Source of the DNA: Raphidiopsis brookii D9 | GTDB lineage: Bacteria > Cyanobacteriota > Cyanobacteriia > Cyanobacteriales > Nostocaceae | NCBI GenBank assembly: GCA_000175855.1 | Contig: ACYB01000019.1 | Location: 30,001 to 62,000, forward strand | Direction of reading: 5' to 3' | Length of the DNA: 32,000 nt | Shown here: positions 1 to 10,700 of the stretch, piece after piece | Position numbering within the stretch: the first letter of the stretch is position 1 | How the letters are laid out: the number at the start of each line of letters is the position of its first letter | Made by a program: the position numbers and the translations under genes | The notes under the pieces: generated by a model | The model's database searches: none | What the model saw: only the letters and a program-made list of their open reading frames with translations | What the model was told of the DNA's origin: nothing

Positions 1-38
1 AAAGTACTTCGATTTTTCCCCTGGGTGTGCCCTAACTA

Positions 39-374
39 TCACATACGTGTAAGAGCTGATACTTTAGCTATCTTATCTACTTCTAGCCCCTCTAGATCTT
101 TAATATGTAGCCAACCTTCCCTGACCAATTGGGCAAAAACAAATATCAACACAGAGTATCTATAGTCGTATTTGCCATCAATCTGATGCCTTCTTGCACT
201 CAGGAAATCGTGTAATTGCCATATTTCATCTAGCTTTGTAAGCGTGCCAGCTTGCTCACGAACAGTTTCTATCAAGGCACTAATTTCTCGCTCATAAGCT
301 CGATCAAAAGCTTTTCGAGCTAACTCCTTCTCTGTTGTAGACCACTCAATGTCATTCACTTGAACCATCCCCAT
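39..374 (-). CDS. frp: Fluorescence recovery protein (FRP)
   Basis: 111 aa ORF with the FRP core 'LDEIWQLHDFLSARRHQIDGKYDYRYSVLIFVFAQLVREG'. It lies just downstream of the OCP gene on the same strand. Confidence 0.88.
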   Translation of the reverse strand: MGMVQVNDIEWSTTEKELARKAFDRAYEREISALIETVREQAGTLTKLDEIWQLHDFLSARRHQIDGKYDYRYSVLIFVFAQLVREGWLHIKDLEGLEVDKIAKVSALTRM

Positions 375-552
375 ATTAACTGTTAGTTCTCAAAATTAGT
401 TGTCAAAATTAAAAATTACTTCCCAGGAGAAAGTGCTAGAGACCCTATAACTGCTATATAAAACCTAGACAAAACTAGACTTTACTTTCTACTTCAACGG
501 GAGCGAGCGTTTATCCCTCAGTAGACTTGCACGCCTTAGCCAGACGCGATAA

Positions 553-588
553 CACAATCATCCTCACTTGCAAGGGAGGATGATTGTG
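553..588. repeat. Perfect 13-bp inverted repeat (hairpin) between ocp and frp
   Basis: cacaatcatcctc (553-565) / gaggatgattgtg (576-588). The 10-nt loop contains the palindrome cttgcaag. No adjacent T-run. Confidence 0.85.
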
Positions 589-641
589 CAAGCAGGAATT
601 CTAACCCCTACTTACACAAGCTACACAAGCTAAAAACTACC

Positions 642-1601
642 CTAGCGCATTAAGTTCAGCAGTTCCTTAGGAGAAGCTAATAAGTCAATTGCAACAAAGA
701 ATATCTTACCCTGAGGATTAAGCAAGAATCGCCAAGCGATATTCATTCCCACAGCAGCGCCAAACCAAGGAGTTTGTACTTTACCGGTCACTTTTATTTG
801 AGTGTAACCATCTTCTACAGGTTCAGAAATTCCTCTTTCTGGAATCAGAGTCAGATTTTGACATTCCTCATTGAAAAATCTCGTAATGGCATCTCTGCCA
901 ACTATAGGTTTTTGAAAAGGGGGTTGGAGAGCACCATCAGGAGCAAACAAATCAATTAAGGCACCAAAGTCATTAGCATTCAAATTATTTACATAACTTA
1001 GTACTGTTGAGTTAGTTACCCCTTCAATAGTAACTTGAGTCCGCTTTGACATTTCCGTGGGGACGACAACAGGTTCAGATATTCTGGTATAATCACCCAA
1101 CTTGTTTGGGTCAAATCCCATATCTACTACAGTACTGCGTAAAGTTGTAATTTGCTGTCCCTGGTCCATTTCCCTCAGTGCTTGTAACACTGCTGCTGCA
1201 TTGGGAGAAAGTTGGTATCCAGCTGGAATCGGAGCAACAATACCCTGTTCCATCCACTCACCCAGTTGATTCCAGAATCCTAGCTTGATATTAGGAGACC
1301 ATGCTGCGTAGGTGCGGCAAATTGGGGTATCGGCACTATTCGCCAAGTCACACATAGCCTGTGTTTGTTCAGGAAAAGACATTTGACGAATTTGATTCAA
1401 CGTAGTTTCTGCAAACTGCATGCTAGCAGCTCCTGGTGCGGCAATTGTAACGGTTTTGCCCATTTCAAGATAGGCAAACCAAATCCATGCTAGCTGATCT
1501 TCTGCACTGAGCTGCTTAAATCGGGCGATTGTGGCTGGTACTGCATCAGCAGACAGAGTTTGTGGAAAAATTCCACGAGCTGAGTCGATTGTAATTGCCA
1601 T
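642..1601 (-). CDS. ocp: Orange carotenoid protein (OCP1-like; N-terminal carotenoid-binding domain plus NTF2-like C-terminal domain)
   Basis: 319 aa. Recognisable OCP start 'MAITIDSARGIFPQTLSADAVPATIARFKQLSAEDQLAWIWFAYLEMGKT'. Y44, W110 and R155 are present, along with 'MNIAWRFLLNPQGKIFFVAIDLLASPKELLNL'. Confidence 0.97.
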   Translation of the reverse strand: MAITIDSARGIFPQTLSADAVPATIARFKQLSAEDQLAWIWFAYLEMGKTVTIAAPGAASMQFAETTLNQIRQMSFPEQTQAMCDLANSADTPICRTYAAWSPNIKLGFWNQLGEWMEQGIVAPIPAGYQLSPNAAAVLQALREMDQGQQITTLRSTVVDMGFDPNKLGDYTRISEPVVVPTEMSKRTQVTIEGVTNSTVLSYVNNLNANDFGALIDLFAPDGALQPPFQKPIVGRDAITRFFNEECQNLTLIPERGISEPVEDGYTQIKVTGKVQTPWFGAAVGMNIAWRFLLNPQGKIFFVAIDLLASPKELLNLMR

Positions 1602-1726
1602 CGTGTAAACCTATATCTTGAATTACATCACACAAGATTAAGGATCCCACAAAACTGAACCCAATTATCCTTTTAAATAAATAAAATTTAACTATTTTCT
1701 GCCAATATGGCAACCTAGAACGCCAC

Positions 1727-2209
1727 CTACCCATTAACAACTAGATGTCTTTTAATAACCAAAAACCAACTGAAAGTCATTCCTGAATTGTCCGGTTGCA
1801 CTAGTAAAAAATGCACCCCCTCACTTACTTTTTTACGTTGTTGATAAACTTTAGCAGCTGCTGTGACATCCGTGTCTGTAAAAGTTGCTACTATCCAGCG
1901 ATTCGTTGAACTAGACTGTAAAATCAATCCATCAGGAGCACCAGCAATATAGTTTAAACTAACTGGATTATTTTCACTTAACCATCTTGCTAAACGTAAA
2001 GACTGTTTACCACCGTAAATTATCACTCCAGGTATGGAAACAGTCACAGCTAAACCCAGCTTGACTGGCAAAAATGAGTCTGGTATTTTCTTAAATGGAA
2101 TTGAACGACTGCCAAACTCCTCGAGGATATCACCAGCACTAACACTTGCAAAACACCACTGCTCCCCCCAAAGGCTTTCTGGTAATGGCATTGGTGGTAG
2201 CTGATTCAT
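1727..2209 (-). pseudogene. C-terminal half of a Tab2/Atab2-like (DUF1092) protein; 5'-truncated and apparently frameshifted near its C-terminus
   Basis: 'IPGVIIYGGKQSLRLARWLSENNPVSLNYIAGAPDGLIL' and 'GVHFLLVQPDNSGMTFS' resemble the C-terminal half of Tab2-like proteins. An in-frame stop lies just upstream of the ATG. The alternate frame after ~1768 reads GFWLLKDI-stop. Confidence 0.6.
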
Positions 2210-2253
2210 ACCCGGCCCTTTCCCCTACAACTTAATGAACTATCAATATCAAA

Positions 2254-2327
2254 TGGCTCAGGTCGGATTCGAACCAACGACCCCAGGCTTATGAGTCCCG
2301 TGCTCTAACCTACTGAGCTACTGAGCC
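2254..2327 (-). tRNA. tRNA-Met (anticodon CAT)
   Basis: Reverse complement GGCTCAGTAGCTCAGTAGGTTAGAGCACGGGACTCATAAGCCTGGGGTCGTTGGTTCGAATCCGACCTGAGCCA. 7-bp acceptor stem, D-stem GCTC/GAGC, T-loop TTCGAAT, anticodon CAT. One apparent A-G mismatch at the base of the anticodon loop. tRNA-Ile2 (modified CAT) is not formally excluded. Confidence 0.92.
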
Positions 2328-2543
2328 TAACTTCTTATTTGTTTATTTGTCCAAACCATCTTAGCACACTATTTCCTCCATGACAACTCCCCAAGAAAAA
2401 TTGTTTGGTCCTGATTATCCTAACCAAGATCTGAGGGATAATCAGGAGAGTCGTGTTGGGTATTGGCAGATTTTAACCATAAGCTTATGTTAAAAATAAC
2501 CAATGAGCAAAGTGGTTAAATATCAACCAAATAATTACAGAAA

Positions 2544-4373
2544 TTACAGACGTGCCTGAGAAGGTAAAAAAGCGATGGGATTAACCGCACCTTTGCCTGT
2601 GGGGTGGATCTCAAAATGGGTATGAGGACCAGTGCTAAAACCAGTGCTACCCATGGCGGCAATGGTTTCTCCCTGTTGGACTTCTTGACCTACCCGCACT
2701 AAGATACGGCTGTTATGGGCATAACGGGTCATACTGCCATCCTCATGGCGTATTTCCACCAACAGTCCATAACCTCCATTATTCCAACCTGCTCTTTCTA
2801 CTCGACCCGGAGCAGAGGCGTAAATTGGAGTTCCCACACCATTGGCAATATCAATACCTCTGTGCATTCTACCCCAGCGCCAACCATAACCAGAAGTTAG
2901 AACGCCTTTAGCAGGCCAGATGTGACCTGTCAAAGCGGGACTATTGTTATCTTCCTCCGTATCCCTAGGTAAATATATATCCACTGCAGCCAAAGGAGGT
3001 AAAGTTGGAGATACGGTTGTACCTCGCAATTTACCCAGAGAATCCCGGGCGTTAATCCTCCTGGGAGAAACATTTAATCTAATACTCGAAGGATTCCTTC
3101 TGGTATTTCCAGGAACAAACTGAGGGTTAACAGGCTCATTATTGGGAGCGATCGCATCTACACCCAATTCAGAATTAACGGAAACATTACTATCTTCCGT
3201 GAGCTTGGGTACAGCAATTGTTACTGCTTTGGGTTGAACACCTGGTAAAACTTTGACTGGATCAATATTCCCCTGTCCCAATGGGGATAAAGTATTGTCA
3301 ACTTGTTCAGAGTTAGGCAAACCAATAGCAGATCTTTGAGCGCGATACTTTTCCCGTAGTCTTTCAATTTCTGCCTGTAAGCTACGAAGTCCGTTCTTTG
3401 GTGCCACCTTTTCTAACTGAGTTGGAACTGTTCTTGGGACTATTGCCACGCTGGTGGTAAACCCATCTGTAGAGCCACCTATCCCCTTGGGGGTAGTTAC
3501 TTGATTTTTGCCAGTCACAGGTACGCTTATGATAGATCCACTACTTGGCGATGGGATCTGAGGTACTTTAACAGCAACTCCCTCACTGCTCCTTGCTGAT
3601 GGTGGCAAAGGCAATTCAGCAGCATCGGGTAGATTAGCTTCCCGGTCAGGGGGAACTAAAGGAGAAATGGCGATTTGGGCACTTCTTTCGGATGGAATAA
3701 AAACCGGACTGGTTGCAGTAGGTAGCTGTTGTAGACCGGTTCCAGACTTAACTTGAGGAATAATCAGTTTCTGATTCACCCGCAAATCGTGAGGATCACT
3801 CAGACCATTAGCCTGAATTAGCTCAGCCACGGAAGTCCCATGATTACCAGCAATTTCCACCAAGGTGTCACCTGGCCTCACATTATAGTTGGAGTAGTTA
3901 GAAATCTCCTTTGAAGTCACAACTTGGGGAATTGTCACCACTGGGACGGATTTTTCTTCCAGCGAGTTGTTATTCTTTACGCTACTTGATTCCTGTGCCT
4001 CTTGAGGCAAGGAATTCAAACTAGTTTTTAAACGCTCCGATTTTTCTTTTAGCTGGTTAACTGCAAACTCTTGTTGTTCCCTTATCTGGTCATTAGAAGC
4101 ATTGTCAACCTGGGTAGGCACTTCAATACTTTCAGGCACGCTTGCTAAAGTGGGAGTCTCCGCACTCAATTTTTCTGCCGTGATTTTTTCCACATCGGTT
4201 CCAGGCATGGATGGATCTACGAAGGCTGCTTTTTCACTGGCAACTGGGGCTGCTGCTTGGGCCTTGTCGCCTTTTTGGGTGATAAAAAGGCTGGTAGCAC
4301 CCATAGAAATTGCTAAACCAATCATGGCCGCTCGCGGTATTGATCGGCAATTACCTTTTTTGATTTGTTTCAT
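2544..4373 (-). CDS. LysM domain plus M23-family peptidase (murein hydrolase / NlpD-like)
   Basis: LysM motif 'YNVRPGDTLVEIAGNHGTSVAELIQANGLSDPHDLRVNQKLIIPQ'. M23 motif 'SGYGWRWGRMHRGIDIANGVGTPIYASAPGRVERAGWNNGGYGLLVEIRHEDGSMTRYAHNS...GSTGFSTGPHTHFEI'. Confidence 0.93.
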   Translation of the reverse strand: MKQIKKGNCRSIPRAAMIGLAISMGATSLFITQKGDKAQAAAPVASEKAAFVDPSMPGTDVEKITAEKLSAETPTLASVPESIEVPTQVDNASNDQIREQQEFAVNQLKEKSERLKTSLNSLPQEAQESSSVKNNNSLEEKSVPVVTIPQVVTSKEISNYSNYNVRPGDTLVEIAGNHGTSVAELIQANGLSDPHDLRVNQKLIIPQVKSGTGLQQLPTATSPVFIPSERSAQIAISPLVPPDREANLPDAAELPLPPSARSSEGVAVKVPQIPSPSSGSIISVPVTGKNQVTTPKGIGGSTDGFTTSVAIVPRTVPTQLEKVAPKNGLRSLQAEIERLREKYRAQRSAIGLPNSEQVDNTLSPLGQGNIDPVKVLPGVQPKAVTIAVPKLTEDSNVSVNSELGVDAIAPNNEPVNPQFVPGNTRRNPSSIRLNVSPRRINARDSLGKLRGTTVSPTLPPLAAVDIYLPRDTEEDNNSPALTGHIWPAKGVLTSGYGWRWGRMHRGIDIANGVGTPIYASAPGRVERAGWNNGGYGLLVEIRHEDGSMTRYAHNSRILVRVGQEVQQGETIAAMGSTGFSTGPHTHFEIHPTGKGAVNPIAFLPSQARL

Positions 4374-5118
4374 TCAAGGCAAATTGGAAATTGTCAGAAG
4401 TATTTTTAACCACAGCGCTTACCCTCCTGTTTAATGCTCGATTCAAAGATGACCTCCTATGATCAAACTTCGCTTAACTGATTTTGGTCTTTATTTTAAA
4501 TGTCCGATGTTAATTCACAATTGGAACTGCATCAAACCATAAATCAAGATCATATTCAAGTCACACTTACCAGAGATATTGACCTAAGATTAACCTGTTT
4601 CTCCGATTTAGACAAGTTCATAGTTGTTAGTAAATCTTAATTTTTTTCTTGGTTTGCTCTGTTAATACACCTCACGAAATTCAAGATTGTTGCAAGCAGG
4701 TGATTTATGTAGTTGGGGTTACTAAGATCGAAACCGGAAAAATGGTCATTGTTCGGTTTACTATCCCTTTACTAACCCTTAATACATGATTTTTTTTTCC
4801 CATCCGTTCTACCAATATCAAAATTTATGTCTTTGCTCCCTAAAAAACAACCGTACAAGTTTTTACTATTTTCCCTACCAGATTAACCGTATCTTATGTC
4901 ACAATACCCTATAAGACTTGATGGCACTTGCTTTCCATAATTTTACTCTCGAGAAAAAATCCTCTCAACAGGCTAAAATCCAGAAATCCACAAGTGCAGG
5001 GAACCTAAACTTGCTATATAAATTTCTTATATGTTGTCACTGCTACATATTACTACCTTCACCCTGAATATTACTGTGTAGTGCAAAGTCGCCTTTTGGT
5101 CATGCCTTCATTTTACTA

Positions 5119-5580
5119 TTATTTTAAATATGTCAACTGTCGTCTTGACTCAAATAAAGCTACAGCTACGCTCACTGATAGATTTAAGCTACGAACGCCA
5201 GGTTGATCCATAGGAATGTAGAGGGTAGAGTCACAAATATCGAGAATATTTTTCGGTATACCCGTTGTTTCACTGCCAAACAATAACCAGTCATCAGGGT
5301 GAAATTCGTGCTGAATATAGTTAATATTGCCCCTAACGCTGAAGCCTAGGAGTCTACCTCCTCTTTGCTGATGAACTTTGAGGAATGTATGATATGATTC
5401 ATGGTAGTTGAGTTTTACATGGGGCCAATAATCTAACCCTGCTCTTTTGAGGTAGCGGTCAGTAATTTCAAATCCTAAAGGGCCAACTAAATGCAGTTCG
5501 GTGGCCGTAGCAGCACAGGTACGGGCAATATTGCCTGTATTGGGGGGAATTTGTGGGTTAATTAAAACTACCTGAGGCAT
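5119..5580 (-). CDS. trmL: tRNA (cytidine(34)-2'-O)-methyltransferase, SPOUT family
   Basis: 'MPQVVLINPQIPPNTGNIARTCAATATELHLVGPLGFEITDRYLKRAGLDYW' and 'LFGSETTGIP ... IPMDQPGVRSLNLSVSVAVALFE'. Confidence 0.93.
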   Translation of the reverse strand: MPQVVLINPQIPPNTGNIARTCAATATELHLVGPLGFEITDRYLKRAGLDYWPHVKLNYHESYHTFLKVHQQRGGRLLGFSVRGNINYIQHEFHPDDWLLFGSETTGIPKNILDICDSTLYIPMDQPGVRSLNLSVSVAVALFESRRQLTYLK

Positions 5581-5675
5581 AAAATCAAAGACAGGGTTTT
5601 AAATGGTCAGAAACTGGTTTAGATGGGAACACTTTGGTTGGACAAACTATAGGTTTTTCTTATACCTGGCAACTT

Positions 5676-6836
5676 TTAGGCAATTGCGGAGGAACACAAT
5701 AACTTGCTTTCTAGTTCTTTTTCCCGTTCGTGAGTGCTAACTACCGCTTGTTTGATGACTTGCTGAATGTCTATTCCCACTTTGTGTAATTGTAGCCACT
5801 GCTGAGCTTCGTTACCTTCCCGCAGTATTTTCTTTAGGGGGGAGAGAAAACAACTAAATCCTTCTTGTTTGGCTATTTTCCACACTTGTTCATACACCTG
5901 ACTAATCCATTCTCTGGCTATAATAATACTGCCATCTTGCCAGTGATGTAACTTAGCGTCTAAACTGAATTTAGCTGCTGCCATTTCGTTTTTATTTGTT
6001 AGAGTAATTAAATCATCTAATGAAAATTTGCTTTGTTTGAGTGGATCTATGTTGTCATTCTCTATTATTTGTAATATTCTTGCCTCTAGTAAAGCAGTAA
6101 TTGCTAACAAAGAAATGGGATCTGTCACCAAGTCACAAATTCGCAATTCTAATCGGTTCAAATTATAGGGACGGCGATCGCCATTAGGTCTAACGGATGT
6201 CCATAGGTGTCGCACATTCTTCATAGTACCTGCTTTTAACTGGGACTCTACCCACTTGACATGATGTGTATGACTGGTAAACAGAGGTACATAATTAGGA
6301 GTTTGAGGGAAGAGTCCCCATCTTGTGGAATGATAGCCAGTAGCTTGACCATTTAAAAACGGTGATGAAGCACTCAGTGCTAAAAATAGAGGAGCCTCTA
6401 AACGAATAACTCGACAAGCCCGCATCAAAACTTCCATATCTGGTATACCAACATTAATATGCACACTAGCAGTTACTACCTTTGTGCCGTAGGTTTGCTC
6501 AATGTAATCATGATATGGGTTAGTAAGATCAGAGCGATAAAATCGGTCGCCACCTCCCAGGGATAAAGTACTTCCCGGAATTAGCGTATATTTATTTGAT
6601 TTATCCAAGTTAGACAAATTATCTAAATACTTTCTTAAGCGTTGTCGAGGAAGTAAGAGGTTGCACAACTGATATTCATAGCTAGTGGATGGGGGAGTGA
6701 TATATTCTACATTACGACTATCTGGTTCCCGCATAAAACCTTGTAGTTCTGAAACAATACGATCAGAGAGACCGACAATATCACCTTCACAAGTACCGGT
6801 ATAGATTTCAATTTCAAAGCCTTTTGTTAAGACCAC
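5676..6836 (-). CDS. gshA: Glutamate--cysteine ligase, cyanobacterial type
   Basis: 'GFEIEIYTG', 'IPGSTLSLGGGDRFYRSD', 'NPYHDYIEQTYGTKVVTASVHINVGIPD', 'SVRPNGDRRPYNLNRLELRICDLVTDP'. Confidence 0.87.
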   Translation of the reverse strand: MVLTKGFEIEIYTGTCEGDIVGLSDRIVSELQGFMREPDSRNVEYITPPSTSYEYQLCNLLLPRQRLRKYLDNLSNLDKSNKYTLIPGSTLSLGGGDRFYRSDLTNPYHDYIEQTYGTKVVTASVHINVGIPDMEVLMRACRVIRLEAPLFLALSASSPFLNGQATGYHSTRWGLFPQTPNYVPLFTSHTHHVKWVESQLKAGTMKNVRHLWTSVRPNGDRRPYNLNRLELRICDLVTDPISLLAITALLEARILQIIENDNIDPLKQSKFSLDDLITLTNKNEMAAAKFSLDAKLHHWQDGSIIIAREWISQVYEQVWKIAKQEGFSCFLSPLKKILREGNEAQQWLQLHKVGIDIQQVIKQAVVSTHEREKELESKLLCSSAIA

Positions 6837-6882
6837 GTTATTTTGCTCCTTGGCTCTTCTAATTTAATAAATTGTATCAAAC

Positions 6883-7665
6883 TTAACGATTTTTGTCATC
6901 TAAGAGAAAATTAATCGTTGCTTGAGGTAAATCACATAATTCTGACAGAGAAATTCTACCTTGATCTAAAAAATAGCCAACCCTAGTGGATGCTGCTGGC
7001 AAAATTCGCTTACCACTACGAATCTGTATATGAAATTTATGCTCTGTCACATCAAACACCACAAACAGTGATACTAACTTCCAAATCATTTGACTGGGTG
7101 GTAAGATTCTAAAACCTGTGACTATTTTCCCCGTCTCTGGTAGATGAAATGACAAATGAGAACTTTGGATAATTTCTTGTATATCTGTTAAGGTTAATAC
7201 AGAAACGTCTAAAGTACCATCTTCCAAGTTAAGCAACAAGGACAAATCTGGTAAATGCCTGGGCACGTCATGATTAAAAGCTTCTGTCGTCAGAGTAAAT
7301 TTACCCTCCAGAATATCTGTGTTAGCGTAAATGTGTACATTGTAAGGTGGTTGAGGTACAGTTCCTTTTTCATAGAATAATCTACCTTCCTGAGTAACAG
7401 TGATTGGGGTTTGAAATGCCAAAGTTTGTAGTGATTGAAGAATAGAAATTGTACTGTGGACGAATACAGGATCTAGAGCCAAAATTGCTGCCAACTCATC
7501 TGGTGTTGGTGCGGGTTTAAATTCTATTGCTGCGCGAATAATAAACTCCTCCAAAACATTAAATGGGCGAGATTCCTTAATGGTTAGCTCTAGGGAATTT
7601 TGATACAAACTATAGCGAAATTGACGAGCAGCAAAAACGGACAAATTGGGATTTTTAATTTTCAA
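6883..7665 (-). CDS. Uncharacterised protein encoded directly downstream of the SF1 helicase; possible winged-helix-like N-terminal region
   Basis: 260 aa ORF, 38 bp after the helicase stop and 46 bp before gshA, all on the same strand. No family recognised. Confidence 0.8.
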   Translation of the reverse strand: MKIKNPNLSVFAARQFRYSLYQNSLELTIKESRPFNVLEEFIIRAAIEFKPAPTPDELAAILALDPVFVHSTISILQSLQTLAFQTPITVTQEGRLFYEKGTVPQPPYNVHIYANTDILEGKFTLTTEAFNHDVPRHLPDLSLLLNLEDGTLDVSVLTLTDIQEIIQSSHLSFHLPETGKIVTGFRILPPSQMIWKLVSLFVVFDVTEHKFHIQIRSGKRILPAASTRVGYFLDQGRISLSELCDLPQATINFLLDDKNR

Positions 7666-7703
7666 TTTCGCCGACCATGGTTTTCAAATAGGGATCAATA
7701 TTT

Positions 7704-10700
7704 TTATTCAAAGAAGCGGGAAACATCAAAAAAACCTCCATGACGACGAACAATATTTGCGACTTGTGAATACATACCACCAACTACACCGATATTTTTG
7801 GTAAATAAATCATGACATCCGACAATTATTAGTAATTCCTGAGCGCGAGAAAAAGCGACATTAACCCGTTCTGGTTTTTTGGCAAAGCCCACATCTCCTC
7901 GCTCATTATTTCTTACCATACTCACAATAACCACTGGTCTTTCCATCCCTTGAAACCTATCTACTGTTCCAGTTCTAATATGTAATGAGGGAAAAAGTTC
8001 TGGAGTCAGACGCTCTTCAATTTTTCGTAGCTGAGCTCCATAAAATGTGATTACAGCTATTTCCTTCTTGGGTTTTCCATTGGCTATCTTTTTCCACCAA
8101 TTATCTTCAAATTGTTGACAGATTTTTTGGATCACGTCTATTTCCGCCATATTAAAAAAAGATGTCCCTAGCTGTTGTTCTTGAAACTGCTTGTCTTTGG
8201 GCATTTTTACCCAAATTAAATGGTCTTTTGGTCGCAGTAGAGTTCCTGCTAAATTGTGGGCCCGTTTGATATCAGCTTCTAAAATACCACATTCCAATTT
8301 CCCATGATAAAACTGATTAATTGCTCCCATAATAGTAGGGTGCATTCGGTATTGGGTATTTAGCATTTGCTTAATGCTATCATCTGCTTTTTCAAACTGG
8401 AATTTAAATAGGGATTCCTCCACAAATCTAATTTCTTCTCTGGAGTTTTCCATTGTTTGGGCAACTTCCTCAACCGTATCGCTATCAATCATGGGTGGTA
8501 GTTGGCGATGGTCTCCCACCATAACTAGTTTTTTCGCTTTTAATGCGGGAATAAGTAATTCCGGTGGTGTGCATTTACTCACCTCATCAATAATCACAAC
8601 ATCAAAATATTTGAACTCTTCTGAGAAGTTGTAATTTGCAGCTTGCACGCAAGTAATACCAACAACGTTGGCATTATCCAAATAAATTTGTCGTAAATCG
8701 TTGCTGTCTCTCTCAGAGGGTTGACGCAGTTTGGCTACCCAATCTTGGATAAATTGTTGATATTTACCTAGATAATTTTGTTGAGTTTCTAGTTCCTGGT
8801 GCCAAATATCAAATCTTGTTTTTATCTGATCTAGAAAATCTAAATTTAATAAATCTGTTTCTGGGGTTTTAGGTTTTAGTTTATCTGGTAGATCTTGTAA
8901 ATGAATATCCCACCACTTTATTTCTCTGATTAAATCGTGGGGTATATCAGTTGCTAATTTTATGGTTATTTCTTTTAATTGGTCTTTTGCTTTTTCTAGT
9001 TTGAGCCATAAGATTTCACAATCTTGGGTAATTTTGATTAATTCTTCTGGCAGTCCTTCTTGAATTTTGGCCAACAGGTCTAGAGGATTTAGTCCCGACT
9101 GCAAATTGTCTAGATTGGTGATGGAATTTTCCCATAGGTTAACCTGCTGGGTAAATTCTGGCTCCCTTTCCCAAATAGTTGCTGGTTTGGCTAGACATTC
9201 TTGGGTAATATTTTTTAATTTCGGGGGCAAATTTTTCTGCTTATATAGTTGTTTTAAAATTACCACAACTTGTTCTAGCTGATTTTTGACATTCTCCTTA
9301 GATTTATCTACCATAGCTTGAGCTTTGGTAAGTTGTTCCGAATTCACTTTCTGCTCATCTATAATTTCCCATGATTCTTGTTTGGGCAAATTATTTCTTA
9401 AATTATTTAAATTATTTATTTGTGCATCTGTTTCTTTTTTTAGTTTGAGAATGCATTGCCGAGAATTGGTCAGAACCACCTCTATTAATTCTTGAGTAAT
9501 ATAATGGGAATGGGCTGTAGCTTGAGAGCTATTGAATCTCTCTCTACCGTAGGCCTGTTCTAGTTGTACTAACCAGGATTGAGTGTTTTCAACTAGAATT
9601 TGCCTTTGTTTGTTACTCAAAAATTGATACTTCTTAAACTGTTGATAGATCCCCTGCCATTTTTGGCGATCGCCTTTTTGCAAAAGCAGGAAGTGTTGAC
9701 TAAAATGTTGTTGTATAAACTCACTAAAATAATACTGTTTTCCCTTAACATTAGAGCATTTAGCACTAACTTCATAGGACATGGCTTTGATTAAAGCTTG
9801 CCATTCTGGTGGTTTTATTTGACAGTTTTTAGGTAGTATTGGCAACTGCAACTGATGGGCAAACATTAATAGTCCCAAAGGTAGATTCAGCATTTCTTCG
9901 GTTAGCAATACCTCAGAGGTTTGGCTATTAACCACTAAATCATAAATATGGGCGGAAGCATTCTTTTTCCATTCTTGAATAGCATCAATAATATAGTTAA
10001 TCTCTCGGTGACGATTCTCCAAATCTTTAATGCTTGTTTGTGCATTTCTCACCAGATTATAATTATGATTATCCTGGTGGGGTAATTGCTTTTGTAGTTG
10101 TTGTAAAGTTGCAGAATGCTTGTGAAAAACCTTGACCATTTTCACTAGATCAGCCATAGCCATGGTTCCGTCATAAGCATAACTAAATGTAGCTTGGAAT
10201 CCCTCAATTTCCTTATCTATATTTTCCTGTAACCATAGAGATAAACTAAATATATCATCTTCAGGACAACTAATTCCTAACTGCTCCATATAATTTTTAG
10301 CTTGGGCTACTTTTTTCTGGAAACTTTTTGATAGATTGCCAGATAGATTATTTTCCACCCCATGGATTCTTATTCGCGATAATGTTTTCCTGATTTCCAA
10401 ATTATGACTACTAATATTTTTCGTTCTCTTGGGTTGATTAAGAATATTCTCTAAATCAACTATTAGAGATTCCATATCCTGTTTATTCTGAATTAATTGG
10501 CTGTATACTCTTTCCTCTTCTTCACAAATAATATCTAACTTGCTTTTTTCTGCTTTTAATTTTTGCTGTTGGTAGTTGAACTGCTTTATCGAATTGTAAT
10601 AGTCCCTGAACCGTTCATAATTTGTCAGCAATCCTTGAAGAACCTGGATCTTTTCCCAACGCTGATCAAGATTATTTTCACAGTCATGGGCGGTATTTTC

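Noticed and set aside
553-588. Hairpin as a classical rho-independent terminator of ocp
   Set aside because: The stem is strong, but no T-run follows on the minus strand (continues ttatcgcgtctgg), so I list it only as an inverted repeat of unknown role.
4102-4434. 110-aa plus-strand ORF overlapping the start of the LysM/M23 gene
   Set aside because: It is antisense to the signal peptide and linker region of a well supported gene and has no recognised motif.
8374-9794. Plus-strand ORFs inside the helicase (8374-8634, 9067-9282, 9600-9794)
   Set aside because: Antisense shadows in a long low-complexity coding region.
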